Of a stretch of DNA of 64,000 nt, positions 20,890 through 30,375 are shown piece after piece (position 1 is the first letter of the stretch; each line of letters begins with the position of its first letter). The translations under genes and the position numbers were made by a program. The notes below the pieces were generated by a model that was not told the DNA's origin, ran no database searches, and worked only from the letters and a program-made list of their open reading frames with translations. This DNA comes from an uncultured delta proteobacterium. Its GTDB lineage: Bacteria > Myxococcota > Kuafuiibacteriia > Kuafuiibacteriales > Kuafuiibacteriaceae. The DNA is taken from positions 608,001 through 672,000 of the forward strand of contig CAWDML010000001.1 in NCBI GenBank assembly GCA_963803435.1, in the 5' to 3' direction.

Positions 20890-21571
20890 TCATGCGAACG
20901 GCGGCCTCCTCGCCGAGATCGACGGTCACCGTCGGTCGCACCGCCATCGCCAGCAGCTCCTCGGTGAGCGCGAGCAGCACCGCCCGACCAAACCCACGCC
21001 CGCGCGCAGACTCCGTCGTGTACACGTGCACGCCGGCGACGTCCCCGAGAAGGTGCGTCACCGCCGCGACCGACACCAGCTGCTCGCCCATCGGCAGCAC
21101 GTAGGCGGGCGTGTCCTCGGCGAGCTTGGGGAACATCGGCTTCACGATCCGATGATCGTCGATCCGCACCGCTTTCCTCATGACCGGGCTCGACCCCAGC
21201 GCGCTCTTCTCGATCGTATAGCGCGCGCTGACCGAGAGGTCATTCGTCTTCAGACTCGACGAGATCGCGGGGGACGCCCAGAAGGGAAAGTGGAGCTCGA
21301 ACTGACCCCGCTCCGCAGGGAATGCATCGATGAGCGCGCCCAGCTCCGAGAGCCGGCGCGCCATCAGGTGTGCGATTGAACCGAGCCCCAGGTGCTTTTG
21401 GCCCCACCGGACCGCCAGCAGATCGTGCGGGCGCGGGACATCGTCGGCGAAGATCGTGACCAGCCCGTCGACGCCGCGCTGGCTCTCGTCGAGCGGCTCG
21501 AGGTTGGCGATGGGATCGGAGGCGAGGAGCTCGGCGATGCGGGCGCGATCGGTGATCTCGATGATCGACAC
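20789..21571 (-). CDS. GNAT family acetyltransferase
   Basis: VYTTESARGRGFG acetyl-CoA motif A; GTG start 4 nt after the upstream stop. Confidence 0.8.
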   Translation of the reverse strand: MSIIEITDRARIAELLASDPIANLEPLDESQRGVDGLVTIFADDVPRPHDLLAVRWGQKHLGLGSIAHLMARRLSELGALIDAFPAERGQFELHFPFWASPAISSSLKTNDLSVSARYTIEKSALGSSPVMRKAVRIDDHRIVKPMFPKLAEDTPAYVLPMGEQLVSVAAVTHLLGDVAGVHVYTTESARGRGFGRAVLLALTEELLAMAVRPTVTVDLGEEAAVRMIEGAGFFQHAAFLRTTIVGRLEGAPGGLVTLSR

Positions 21572-21575
21572 GGCC

Positions 21576-22061
21576 TCAGCGGGGCTCGCGGCCCAGGACG
21601 CTGCAGCTCTCGGGCGGCTCGGCTTGGTGCGGGTCGGCGGTTCCGATCTCGTCGATCCGGACGGTGGCCTGCGGAAAGGCGACGGTGTGCAGCGCGCCTG
21701 CACCCTGCTCCACCTCGACGTCGGCGGGGAGCTGGATGAGCGTACCCGGATCGTCGACCGGCCCCACCTCCTCGAGGAACACGAGCCGGAGCCAGAGGAG
21801 GTTGGTGCAGTGTTCGTCGTCGACGGTGTCGGAGATCGTGATCTTCTGCTTCTTCTTGGCGTCGACGTCGAGCACGCCGATCACTTCGTACTCCTCGGCG
21901 CAGAAGCGATCACGGAACGGTTGATCGCAGCCTCCGGTGAGGTCGGCCTCGGGAGCGCGGACCTCGAGGCCGATCTTTTGATCGAGGAGGTTCTCGAGCC
22001 TCATCTCGTCATGGCCGCAGCCGGCGAGGAGCGCGAGACCCAGGATCGCGCGGATCGACAC
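21576..22061 (-). CDS. Hypothetical lipoprotein
   Basis: LALLAGC lipobox; four further Cys. Confidence 0.7.
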   Translation of the reverse strand: MSIRAILGLALLAGCGHDEMRLENLLDQKIGLEVRAPEADLTGGCDQPFRDRFCAEEYEVIGVLDVDAKKKQKITISDTVDDEHCTNLLWLRLVFLEEVGPVDDPGTLIQLPADVEVEQGAGALHTVAFPQATVRIDEIGTADPHQAEPPESCSVLGREPR

Positions 22062-22101
22062 GCGTCGATCCTGGCGCGAACCGGTCGGAGGGGCAAGTTT
22101 C

Positions 22102-23541
22102 TCACTGAACGATGGCGACGCCCGATCGGCTGGGCTTGCGGCGCCCGCGGCTGATCGAGCGCTCCGACACCGGGGGAACGTCGATCTGATAGGCGCGCAT
22201 CTTCCGGTACATGGTGGCGCGACCGACGCCGAGGAGCTCGGCGGCTCGGGATACGCACCCGCCCGCGTGACGGAGTGCGAAGCGGAAGATCTCCGCCTCG
22301 TAGATGTCGAAGCGCTGCACCCGCCCGCCCTGATCGAGCGTCGGCGCCCACGCCGAGGGCGAAGGTCGGGCGGCGCCCACGGGGTTCTTGAGCGGACGTC
22401 GCTCGCTCTTCCGGCCCAGATCGAGGACCAACCGGCCCTCGCGATCGAGTCGCGCCGACTCGAAGACCAAGCGCATCAGCTCGGCCACTCCGCCGGTAAC
22501 GCTTCGCTCGATGACCGTTCGCGCCGCGCGCGGATCGATCGCAGACCCGCTGGCTTTGGCGGCGGTCCCGACGGCCGCCACCAGGTTGTTGAAGATGTGC
22601 TGGCTGTCCGCGCCGCGGGCGTGGAGGCGCGGGAACACCATCGCGGTCGGCGCCAGCTGACCGGCGGCCTCGCGCTCGACGCGCATGTCGGCGGCGGGCT
22701 CTTCCTCGGTCGCGATGATCATCGGCGGCCAGCGGACCTCGACCCCGGAGTCGCGGGACTCTCGTAGACCTTCGAGCAGCTTGGCCAGGCGCTCGCGGCC
22801 GGACGGGCCGAGCGAGTCGAGCGACTCGATGAAGACGATGCCACCCTTGGCCAGCGAGAACGCCGACGGCTGCGAGGCGGTGCCGAAGAGCATGTCCTCG
22901 GGCGTCGCGTCGTCCGTGTTTTCGGCGACCACCACGAAGGGACCGCCGGCTCGGGGTGAGGCCGCCAGGTATCGGCGTGCGAGCTGTTCTGCGAGCGGGC
23001 GCTCGCAGACGAGGGTCACGGTCCGCTCCTGCTTCGCCGCCTCGTCGAGACGGTCGAGCGCACCCTGCATCCGCTCGTCCTCGGCGACCAGGAGGTCGCA
23101 CACCACCGGACCGGAGAGCTCGACCGGACGCGTGTCGTCCTCGATCACCTCGATCGGATCGACCGCGGGCTTGTGCTCCTCGAGGAGCCGGTACAGGCGC
23201 TCGCCCTCGACGGGCCGCTCGAGCACGTCGATCGCGCCCAGCTTCACCGCCTCGACCGCCGTGGCGATGCGGACCGTTTTCGCGGTGCACACGACCTTCG
23301 GCTGGCACCGATGTCCTACGCAGGCCTTCACCAGCGCGAGACCCGGCATCTCACGCTGGGCGAGGCTCACGATCACGAACTCGGGGAGGTGTTCGTCGAG
23401 CGCGCGCAGGCCTTCAGCCGGGGTCGAGACCTCGATGATCTCGTAGCCACGACCGCACAGGAAGCGGCCCGCGTTCCGCCGGAACGAGGCGTCGGTGTCG
23501 ATTATCAGGACTCGCAATCCACGCATCACGCCGGTCCTCAT
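22102..23541 (-). CDS. Degenerate NtrC-like response regulator (REC, AAA-like, Fis HTH)
   Basis: REC (AVEAVKLGA), eroded AAA region, HTH SRAAELLGVGRATMYRK. Confidence 0.85.
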   Translation of the reverse strand: MRTGVMRGLRVLIIDTDASFRRNAGRFLCGRGYEIIEVSTPAEGLRALDEHLPEFVIVSLAQREMPGLALVKACVGHRCQPKVVCTAKTVRIATAVEAVKLGAIDVLERPVEGERLYRLLEEHKPAVDPIEVIEDDTRPVELSGPVVCDLLVAEDERMQGALDRLDEAAKQERTVTLVCERPLAEQLARRYLAASPRAGGPFVVVAENTDDATPEDMLFGTASQPSAFSLAKGGIVFIESLDSLGPSGRERLAKLLEGLRESRDSGVEVRWPPMIIATEEEPAADMRVEREAAGQLAPTAMVFPRLHARGADSQHIFNNLVAAVGTAAKASGSAIDPRAARTVIERSVTGGVAELMRLVFESARLDREGRLVLDLGRKSERRPLKNPVGAARPSPSAWAPTLDQGGRVQRFDIYEAEIFRFALRHAGGCVSRAAELLGVGRATMYRKMRAYQIDVPPVSERSISRGRRKPSRSGVAIVQ

Positions 23542-23565
23542 CGGCGCACTGCGCGCTATGTTGAG

Positions 23566-24882
23566 TCAACACAGCACTTTTCTCACCGCACGTTCTACGC
23601 GGTCCATTCCCTCCCGAGCATCGTCGAGCGTCACGTCGAGCGCCGGACGCAGCCGCACGGTGCGGTCCCCACACGGGAGCACCAGCAGGCTCTCCTCCTC
23701 GCGCGCGACGCGGATGATCTCGTCGCGCGCAAGACGATCGGGGACGTCGAACGCGATCAGGAGACCGCGGCCGCGCGGGTTGTCGATCTTCCGGTTCATC
23801 GCGGCGAGCCCGCGCGCCCGCTCGAGGAAGTAGTCTCCCATTCGCGCCGCGTTCTGGAGCAAGCCGTCGCCGTGCATGACCTCGAGGATCCGCGTGCAGC
23901 GCACGTAATCGACCAGATTCCCCGCGAAGGTGCTGCTGATCCGGGAGCGGACCTTGAAGACGTTTTCGACCTCGTCGAGCCGCGGACCGGCCATCAGGCC
24001 ACCGGTCTGCGCACGTTTTGCAAAGGCCACCAGGTCCGGCTTCACGCCGACGAGCTCGTAGAGCCAGCGCCGGCCGCTCGTCCCCATCCCCGTCTGCACC
24101 TCGTCGAAGATCAGGAGCGTCTCCCGCGCGTCGCAGATGTCGCGCAACGCGCGCAGGAACTCGGGACGGAAGTGACGGTCGCCGCCCTCGCACTGGATCG
24201 GCTCGATGATGATGCAGGCGATGTCGTCGCCGTGCTGGTCGTACGCGCGGTCAATCTCGGCCAGCGCCTCCTGCTCGGCGTGCTCGACCTCCTGGATCGC
24301 GGCCGCGTCCGCAGGGAAGCGCAACGCCGGGCTCGAGATCCGGGGCCAGTCGAACTTCGGGTAGTACATCGTCTTGCGCGGATCGGAGGTGTTGGTCAGC
24401 GAGAGCGTGTAGCCGCTGCGACCGTGGAACGCGTGCCGGAAGTGGATGACCTGTGTCCCCTTGTTCTCGATGCCGCGCGCGAGGTTCTTGCGCACCTTCC
24501 AGTCGAAGGCGGCCTTGAGCGCGTTCTCCACGGCCAGGGCCCCGCCGTCGATGAAGAACAGATACTTCATGCCCGGGCCCATGGCCTGGCTGCGGAACGT
24601 CTCCACGAAGTCGGCGAAGAGGGTTGTGTACACGTCACAGTTGGAGGGCTTGGACGAAGCGGCCTGGCGCAGGCGCTCCAGGTACTCGGGCTCCAGGAGC
24701 TTCGGGTGGTTGAAGGCGAGGGGCCGCGACGCAAAGAAGCAGAAGAAATCGAGAAAATCGCGACCCGTGATCGCGTCGTGGAGGTGCTGGCCTTTGCTCT
24801 GGTCCAGATCGAGGACGAAAGGATAGCCCTCGACGAGCATCGAGCGCCGGAGGACGTCGTGGACCTCAGTCGGCTGAACCAT
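23566..24882 (-). CDS. lat: L-lysine 6-transaminase
   Basis: GALAVENALKAAFDWK, AFHGRSGYTLSLTNT, IIEPIQCEGGD, DEVQTG and RISST motifs. Confidence 0.92.
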   Translation of the reverse strand: MVQPTEVHDVLRRSMLVEGYPFVLDLDQSKGQHLHDAITGRDFLDFFCFFASRPLAFNHPKLLEPEYLERLRQAASSKPSNCDVYTTLFADFVETFRSQAMGPGMKYLFFIDGGALAVENALKAAFDWKVRKNLARGIENKGTQVIHFRHAFHGRSGYTLSLTNTSDPRKTMYYPKFDWPRISSPALRFPADAAAIQEVEHAEQEALAEIDRAYDQHGDDIACIIIEPIQCEGGDRHFRPEFLRALRDICDARETLLIFDEVQTGMGTSGRRWLYELVGVKPDLVAFAKRAQTGGLMAGPRLDEVENVFKVRSRISSTFAGNLVDYVRCTRILEVMHGDGLLQNAARMGDYFLERARGLAAMNRKIDNPRGRGLLIAFDVPDRLARDEIIRVAREEESLLVLPCGDRTVRLRPALDVTLDDAREGMDRVERAVRKVLC

Positions 24883-24999
24883 CGAGAGACTTTGCAGGAA
24901 AATCGAAGGTTTGTCAGCTAACAGGCGGGTCGGGCCGGCGCCCGCGCCATCGAGTCGTAGTGAAAGCCGGCATCGCCTGCTAGCTTCGATTCGGCGGGC

Positions 25000-25986
25000 G
25001 TGACGGAGCTGGTTTCCAACGTTTCGCGGTCGAGCGACGCCGAGGAAACCGGCGCACCCGACGACCCTGGGCGGGGCAACCTCGCCGTTCTCCGGATCTC
25101 GGACCTCTTCGCCATCTCCGTGCCGATGGTGCTCGGCCTGGTCCTGCTGTCCAACGCCGAGCGGGTCATCGACGGGTATTCGGAGGCGGCCGCGCTCATC
25201 GGGGCGGCCGTGTTCGGGTTCGCCTGCCGGACCTGGGCGACGCGCAGCCCCCGCCTCCCCGCGCAGATCGTCGGCGGCTTCTACGTGATGGTTCCACTGT
25301 GGGTCCTCTACTCACGGCTCAACCCGCTGATCGACCTGCTCTCTCCGGTCCCCTACGATCGCGATCTCCAGGCGCTCGATCACCTGCTCTTCGGCCTGCA
25401 GCCATCGGTCTGGATGGAGCAGTTCCACCGGCCCTGGCTCACCGAGCTCCTCTTCTGGTGCTACCTCGCGTTCTTCTTCTGGCAGCTCGCGCTCGGCGTC
25501 GTCCTCTTCGTCCGCAAGGACAAGAGCGCGTTCAACGACTTCATCCTCACCGTGCTCGTCTTCTACATCCTGAGCGACGTCATGTACGTGCTGGTCCCTG
25601 CGATCGGACCCCGCTTCGCTCTGGCGGATCAGTACACGGTGCCGCTCCAGGGGCTGTGGTATGCCGAGAGCCTCCGCCATACCTTCGCGATCAACCCGAT
25701 GCTGCGGGACTGCTTCCCGTCGGGGCACACCGGTCTGACGCTCCTGGTGATGTTCCATGCGCTCCACAAGAAGGCGCACGTCTTCTTCGCGATCATGTTG
25801 CCGTTCGGGCTGTTGTTGATCTTTTCCACGGTCTATTGCCGCTTCCACTACGTCATCGACCTGCTCTGCGCGATCCCGTTCACCACCGGCATTTATCTGC
25901 TTCAGACCTCGCTCAAGCGGGCGCTCCCGCAGGGGCTCGCCATCCCGATGCCGCGCGTCCGCGAACGGGCCGAAGTGCTACACTGA
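25000..25986 (+). CDS. PAP2 superfamily phosphatase/phosphotransferase (Aur1/Ipt1-like)
   Basis: PAIGPR, DCFPSGH and STVYCRFHYVID motifs; multiple TM helices. Confidence 0.88.
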   Translation: MTELVSNVSRSSDAEETGAPDDPGRGNLAVLRISDLFAISVPMVLGLVLLSNAERVIDGYSEAAALIGAAVFGFACRTWATRSPRLPAQIVGGFYVMVPLWVLYSRLNPLIDLLSPVPYDRDLQALDHLLFGLQPSVWMEQFHRPWLTELLFWCYLAFFFWQLALGVVLFVRKDKSAFNDFILTVLVFYILSDVMYVLVPAIGPRFALADQYTVPLQGLWYAESLRHTFAINPMLRDCFPSGHTGLTLLVMFHALHKKAHVFFAIMLPFGLLLIFSTVYCRFHYVIDLLCAIPFTTGIYLLQTSLKRALPQGLAIPMPRVRERAEVLH

Positions 25987-25993
25987 GCGCGCC

Positions 25994-26677
25994 GTGGGCA
26001 AAAAGAAGCGGCGCGGGGACGAGCCGTTCAACAACCCGTTTGCAGTGATCGGCGAGGAGCTGAAGAAGAAGGTCGCGCTCGAGCAGGCGACACCGCCGAA
26101 GCTGGCGCCGAAGCCGCCGCCGCCGCCGCCCGTCGAGCCCGAGGTGGATCTGTTCGCGCGCGCCATGGCCGGCACACGGCCGATCAACGGCGATCCGCGC
26201 GGCGTCATCCAACCCGAGCTACCCCCGGGGGACGCGGAGCACGTGCCGATCTACGACGAGGACGCGGAGGCGTATGCGGAGCTGGTCGACCTGGTCGAGG
26301 GCCGCGCGAAGTTCGACATCTCGGACTCGGACGAGTTCATCGAGGGCGGGGTCGAGGGCCTCGACCGCAGGATCCTCCAGGGCCTCAAGCGGGGCGACTA
26401 CGCGTTCCGCACGCACCTCGATCTGCATGGGATGACCCGGGAGGACGCGCGCGACGCCGTCGATCAGTTCGTGACCAAAGCGCGCCGCGACAAGCATCGC
26501 TGTGTGCTGATCGTGCACGGGCGTGGACACAACTCGAAGGACAACATCCCGGTGCTCAAGGGCTTGCTCAAGAGCTGGCTCGAGCGCGGGCGGATCGCGA
26601 AGAGCGTTCTGGCTTTCTGTACCGCCCGACCGCATGATGGCGGCGCCGGCGCGGTCTACGTGCTGCTTCGACGATGA
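25994..26677 (+). CDS. Smr domain protein
   Basis: LDLHG, IVHGRG and DGGAGAVYVLL motifs. Confidence 0.92.
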   Translation: MGKKKRRGDEPFNNPFAVIGEELKKKVALEQATPPKLAPKPPPPPPVEPEVDLFARAMAGTRPINGDPRGVIQPELPPGDAEHVPIYDEDAEAYAELVDLVEGRAKFDISDSDEFIEGGVEGLDRRILQGLKRGDYAFRTHLDLHGMTREDARDAVDQFVTKARRDKHRCVLIVHGRGHNSKDNIPVLKGLLKSWLERGRIAKSVLAFCTARPHDGGAGAVYVLLRR

Positions 26678-27303
26678 TCCCGCATCGACAAGGCTTCATC
26701 GCTTCCTTCTCCTACGCGTTCGACGGACTGCTCCGCACCGTCCTCACCCAGCGCAACATGAAGATCCACTGGGTGTCGGGGCTCGCGGTGATGCTGGTGG
26801 GGATGGCCCTCGAGCTCGACGTGGCGGCGCGAGCGAGCGTGATGTTCTGCGTGTTCGTGGTGCTCTGCATGGAGGTGCTCAACACGGGGCTGGAGGCGTT
26901 CGTCGACCTGCACGTCAAGCAGTACGCCCGCACGGCGATGATCGCGAAGGACGCGGCGGCGGCGGCGGTGCTCGTGCTGGCGTTCGCCGCGGTCGTGGTG
27001 TTCGCCGACATCCTGTTCCACAACTGGAGACACGTCCTGGCCAGCGGTACGGCGATCGTCCGCACGCTGATCTACGGGCTGCCGCTGCTGGCGCTGATGG
27101 CCGCCATCCTCTCGATCAAGCGCTCGCTCATCGCTCTGGTCGTGTTGACCACGGGCGCGGTCGGCCTGCTCACCGTGCTCGCCTGGTACTCGCGCGACGA
27201 GGTGTTCAGCTCGTGCGCGCTCTCGTTCGTGATCACCGGCGCGTGGGCGCGGCTCCAGGAGCCGCGGCTCGTCCAGCCCAGCCCAGATACGCCGCCAACA
27301 TGA
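26674..27303 (+). CDS. dgkA: Membrane diacylglycerol kinase (DgkA family) with extra TM helices
   Basis: SFSYAFDGL, QRNMKIH, EVLNTGLE and AKDAAAAAV motifs. Confidence 0.82.
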   Translation: MIPHRQGFIASFSYAFDGLLRTVLTQRNMKIHWVSGLAVMLVGMALELDVAARASVMFCVFVVLCMEVLNTGLEAFVDLHVKQYARTAMIAKDAAAAAVLVLAFAAVVVFADILFHNWRHVLASGTAIVRTLIYGLPLLALMAAILSIKRSLIALVVLTTGAVGLLTVLAWYSRDEVFSSCALSFVITGAWARLQEPRLVQPSPDTPPT

Positions 27304-28258
27304 CCACGTTGAGGAGCGCGAGCAGCAGGCGCGGCGCCGGCCCCAGCGGGAACTGGCGGAAGTAGCCCTCGATCGTGCCGGCGTAGAGCAAGAGCAGGAG
27401 CGAGAAGCCGAGCAGCACCGCGGCGCGCTTCCCCTCGTGGACGAGGGCCTCCCGCCGCCGTCGCTCGCCCGGCGCGATCACCGCTCGACCGAGCACGAGA
27501 CCGCCGGCCGCCGCCACCGAGAGCGCGAGCACCTCGGGGACCCCGTGCGGGAGCACCCAGGACCAGAAGGCGGGATCGACGCCGTGCCGATCGTAGAGCG
27601 CCGCCATGCTCCCCAAGAGCGCGCCATTCATCAGCGTGATCAGGATCGTGGGAACGCCGCCGGCGATCCCCAGCGCGAACGACATCAGCGCCACGCGCGA
27701 GTTGTTCGCCACCAGGGTCAGGGCGAAGGCGGACAGTCCGGTCAGGCCGAGCACCTGGCCCGACGTGATGTACGCGCGCCGGACCTGCTCCGAGTCGATC
27801 AGCGCCTGGACCACCTCGGCCGGAAACATCAGGCTCATCAGAGGATAGGCGAGCTCGACGTGCGCTCGGGTGGCGACGTACGCGAGCGCGGCGCCCAGCG
27901 CGAACACCGCGAACGCCAGGGCCTGCAGCTCCTTCGTCTCGCGGAACGCGATCGAGAATCCACCCATCACCAGGTTCACCAGCGGGCGCAACCCGCGCTT
28001 CGGCGGCTGATAGATCGCGAAGTGGGCGCGCCGCACCAGCTCGTCCAGATACCGGCGGCGGGCGCGATCGAACTCGAGGCGGCGTGCCTCGGCGAGCCGG
28101 GCCGCCGCGCGCCGGTAGAGCGCGCCCATGCGATCGAGCTCGACCAGGGAGAGGTCGCGCTCGCCCTTCTTCTCCAGCCTCGCCAGGAGCGCCTCCAGCT
28201 CGGACCAGGCGACCTGTTCCTCGGCGCGCCGCTTCGATAGGTCGAACAGCCCGGCCAC
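27233..28258 (-). CDS. SpoIIM (DUF95) family membrane protein
   Basis: WSELEALL, LYRRAA, NNSRV, PHGVPE and AGTIEGY motifs. Confidence 0.9.
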   Translation of the reverse strand: MAGLFDLSKRRAEEQVAWSELEALLARLEKKGERDLSLVELDRMGALYRRAAARLAEARRLEFDRARRRYLDELVRRAHFAIYQPPKRGLRPLVNLVMGGFSIAFRETKELQALAFAVFALGAALAYVATRAHVELAYPLMSLMFPAEVVQALIDSEQVRRAYITSGQVLGLTGLSAFALTLVANNSRVALMSFALGIAGGVPTILITLMNGALLGSMAALYDRHGVDPAFWSWVLPHGVPEVLALSVAAAGGLVLGRAVIAPGERRRREALVHEGKRAAVLLGFSLLLLLYAGTIEGYFRQFPLGPAPRLLLALLNVVMLAAYLGWAGRAAAPGAAPTRR

Positions 28259-28281
28259 GCCGCATGTTAACCTCTCCCGCC
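28259..28281. promoter_or_regulatory. Candidate overlapping divergent -10 elements (leaderless)
   Basis: The 23-bp gap carries TGTTAACCT on + (8 nt before GTG 28282) and TAACAT on - (5 nt before GTG 28258). Confidence 0.45.
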
Positions 28282-29097
28282 GTGACCGAGGATCTCGTCC
28301 GGTTCGAGACGCCGGAGGACGTCGACCTCGAGTTCGATCTCGCGGGCCCCGCCAGCCGCATGGCGGCGGCCATGATCGACTACCTCGTCATTTTGGTGGT
28401 GATGCTCGGCGCGGTGGCGGCCATGGTGGCGGCCGGCGTCATCGCGGTCGATCTTCGGCGCCTGGCGTCATCGGAGCTGCTCTCGGAGCTCGGCGCGCTC
28501 GCGGTCGCGCTCCTCCTGTTCACGTTCACGTTCATCAACATCGCCTACTTCGTCGGCTGCGAGTGGTTCCTGTCCGGCCAGTCGATCGGAAAGCGAGCGC
28601 TGGGCCTGCGCGTGGTTCGCGACGGAGGGTACGCGCTCACCTTCGGCGCATCCTTCCTGCGCAACGTGAGCCGCATGATCGACATGCTGCCGGGACCGTA
28701 CTTCGTCGGCCTCTTCTCGGTGATGCTCTCGCGCGACCGGAAGCGGCTCGGCGACCTCATCGCGGGTACGATCGTGGTCCGCCACGGACACGCGACGGCG
28801 CCCGCCGCGCGGTTCCTCGGCGAGACCTACGCTGGTCTGGTGCGCCGGAGGTTCGATCTCACCCGCGCGCATCTGGGCCGTCTCGACGCCGCGGTCCTCG
28901 AGCTGCTCGACGGCTACTTCGAGCGCATCGACGGCCTCGAGCCGGCCTACAAGCGGACGCTGACCGGCGACGTTGCGCGGAGTCTCGCCCGGCGGATGGA
29001 GATCGATCTCGAGGGACGTACCGAGGAGGACGAAGCGGCGCTCCTGTTCGAGACGTATCTCGCGCTGCGTGAGCACCTCGCCGCCGCGGCTCTCTGA
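28282..29097 (+). CDS. RDD family protein
   Basis: ETPE, SRMAAAMID, GQSIGKRALGLRVV and KRLGDLIAGTIVV motifs. Confidence 0.9.
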   Translation: MTEDLVRFETPEDVDLEFDLAGPASRMAAAMIDYLVILVVMLGAVAAMVAAGVIAVDLRRLASSELLSELGALAVALLLFTFTFINIAYFVGCEWFLSGQSIGKRALGLRVVRDGGYALTFGASFLRNVSRMIDMLPGPYFVGLFSVMLSRDRKRLGDLIAGTIVVRHGHATAPAARFLGETYAGLVRRRFDLTRAHLGRLDAAVLELLDGYFERIDGLEPAYKRTLTGDVARSLARRMEIDLEGRTEEDEAALLFETYLALREHLAAAAL

Positions 29098-29102
29098 CGC
29101 GC

Positions 29103-30302
29103 TCAGCGGCGGCGCATCGCGATTGCGAAGAAGGCGTCGGTCGCGTGCAGGTGCGGGAACAGGCGGAGGGCAACGCCGTCGCCGATCGCCTCCGCGCGGG
29201 CGCGGCCCAGGATCTCCTTGGCCGGCGCGATCTCGAAGTCGGAGTGGGCGTCGAGAAACGCCTCCACGACGTCATCGTTCTCCTCGGGGAGGAACGTGCA
29301 CGTGGCGTAGACGACGCGCCCGCCCAATCGGACCAGGCTGGCCCCGCGCGCGAGGAGCTCGAGCTGCCGGCCCGGAAGATCGTCGAGCGAGCCCTCGCCG
29401 AGCGAGAGACGTCGCTCCGGGTGCCGGCGCAGCACACCGAGCCCCGAGCAGGGAGCGTCCACCAGCACCCGGGCGACGGGCTCGATCCCCTCGAGCACGG
29501 CCCGCGTCTCCACGTTCGAGCAGCCGGCGCGACGGGCGCGGCGCCGGAGCTCGTCGAGCTTCCGGTCGGAGATGTCGCTCGCCATGACCTTACCCTTGCC
29601 GTGAAGGAGCGCCGCCAGGTGGAGCGTCTTGCCGCCCGCGCCGGCGCACAGATCGATCGCCGCGCTCCGCGGCGGCGGCGCCACCAGCTCTGAGACCAGC
29701 TGGCTACCCTCGTCCTGCACCTCGAAGAGGCCCTCGTGGAAGGCCGCCAGCCGGAACGGGTTCGTCGGCTCGAGGATCGTCAATCCATCCTGCGAGAGGC
29801 GCGTCGGCGCGGTGCGGACACCCTCTTCCAGGAGCCGGCCGGCGAGGGCGCTCCGATCGATCCTCGAGCGGTTGGCGCGCAGCGTCTGGGGCGGCGGCCG
29901 GGCCAGCGCGCGGGCCAGCGGCTCGGCCTGATCCGCGAAGGCGGCCGCCATCCGTGCGGCGAGCCAGCGCGGCAGCGACCCCAGCACGGCTACCCGATCG
30001 ATCGGATCGGTGAGGCTCCGCTCCACCTGGCCCGCCTCCTCCGAGGCGCTCGGATCGCCGGCGTCCAGCGCCGCGCGAAGCTCGACCCGAGCGCGATCGG
30101 TCGGCGTGAGCCCCCGCGCCATCAACACGCGATCCAGCAACAGCTCCGTGCGGAGCGTGCCGAGCACCAGCTCGGCGATCGCACCTCGTGCCTTCGTCGA
30201 ACGCCGCTCCCCTGCGAAAGCCTCGCGGAGCACGCCGGAGGCGAAGCGTGCCTCCCGCCGGATCCGCGCCACCAGCTCCGCTGCCACCTCGATCGTTGCC
30301 AT
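29103..30302 (-). CDS. RsmB/NOP family RNA m5C methyltransferase
   Basis: QDEGSQ, DLCAGAGGK, DAPCSG and YATCT motifs. Confidence 0.92.
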   Translation of the reverse strand: MATIEVAAELVARIRREARFASGVLREAFAGERRSTKARGAIAELVLGTLRTELLLDRVLMARGLTPTDRARVELRAALDAGDPSASEEAGQVERSLTDPIDRVAVLGSLPRWLAARMAAAFADQAEPLARALARPPPQTLRANRSRIDRSALAGRLLEEGVRTAPTRLSQDGLTILEPTNPFRLAAFHEGLFEVQDEGSQLVSELVAPPPRSAAIDLCAGAGGKTLHLAALLHGKGKVMASDISDRKLDELRRRARRAGCSNVETRAVLEGIEPVARVLVDAPCSGLGVLRRHPERRLSLGEGSLDDLPGRQLELLARGASLVRLGGRVVYATCTFLPEENDDVVEAFLDAHSDFEIAPAKEILGRARAEAIGDGVALRLFPHLHATDAFFAIAMRRR

Positions 30303-30375
30303 GGCCGGTCGATCCGATCGGCCGTCTTTTTTGGCGATGGTCAAGTCCGACGCGCCAGCGTAGCGTGGCCGGCTC

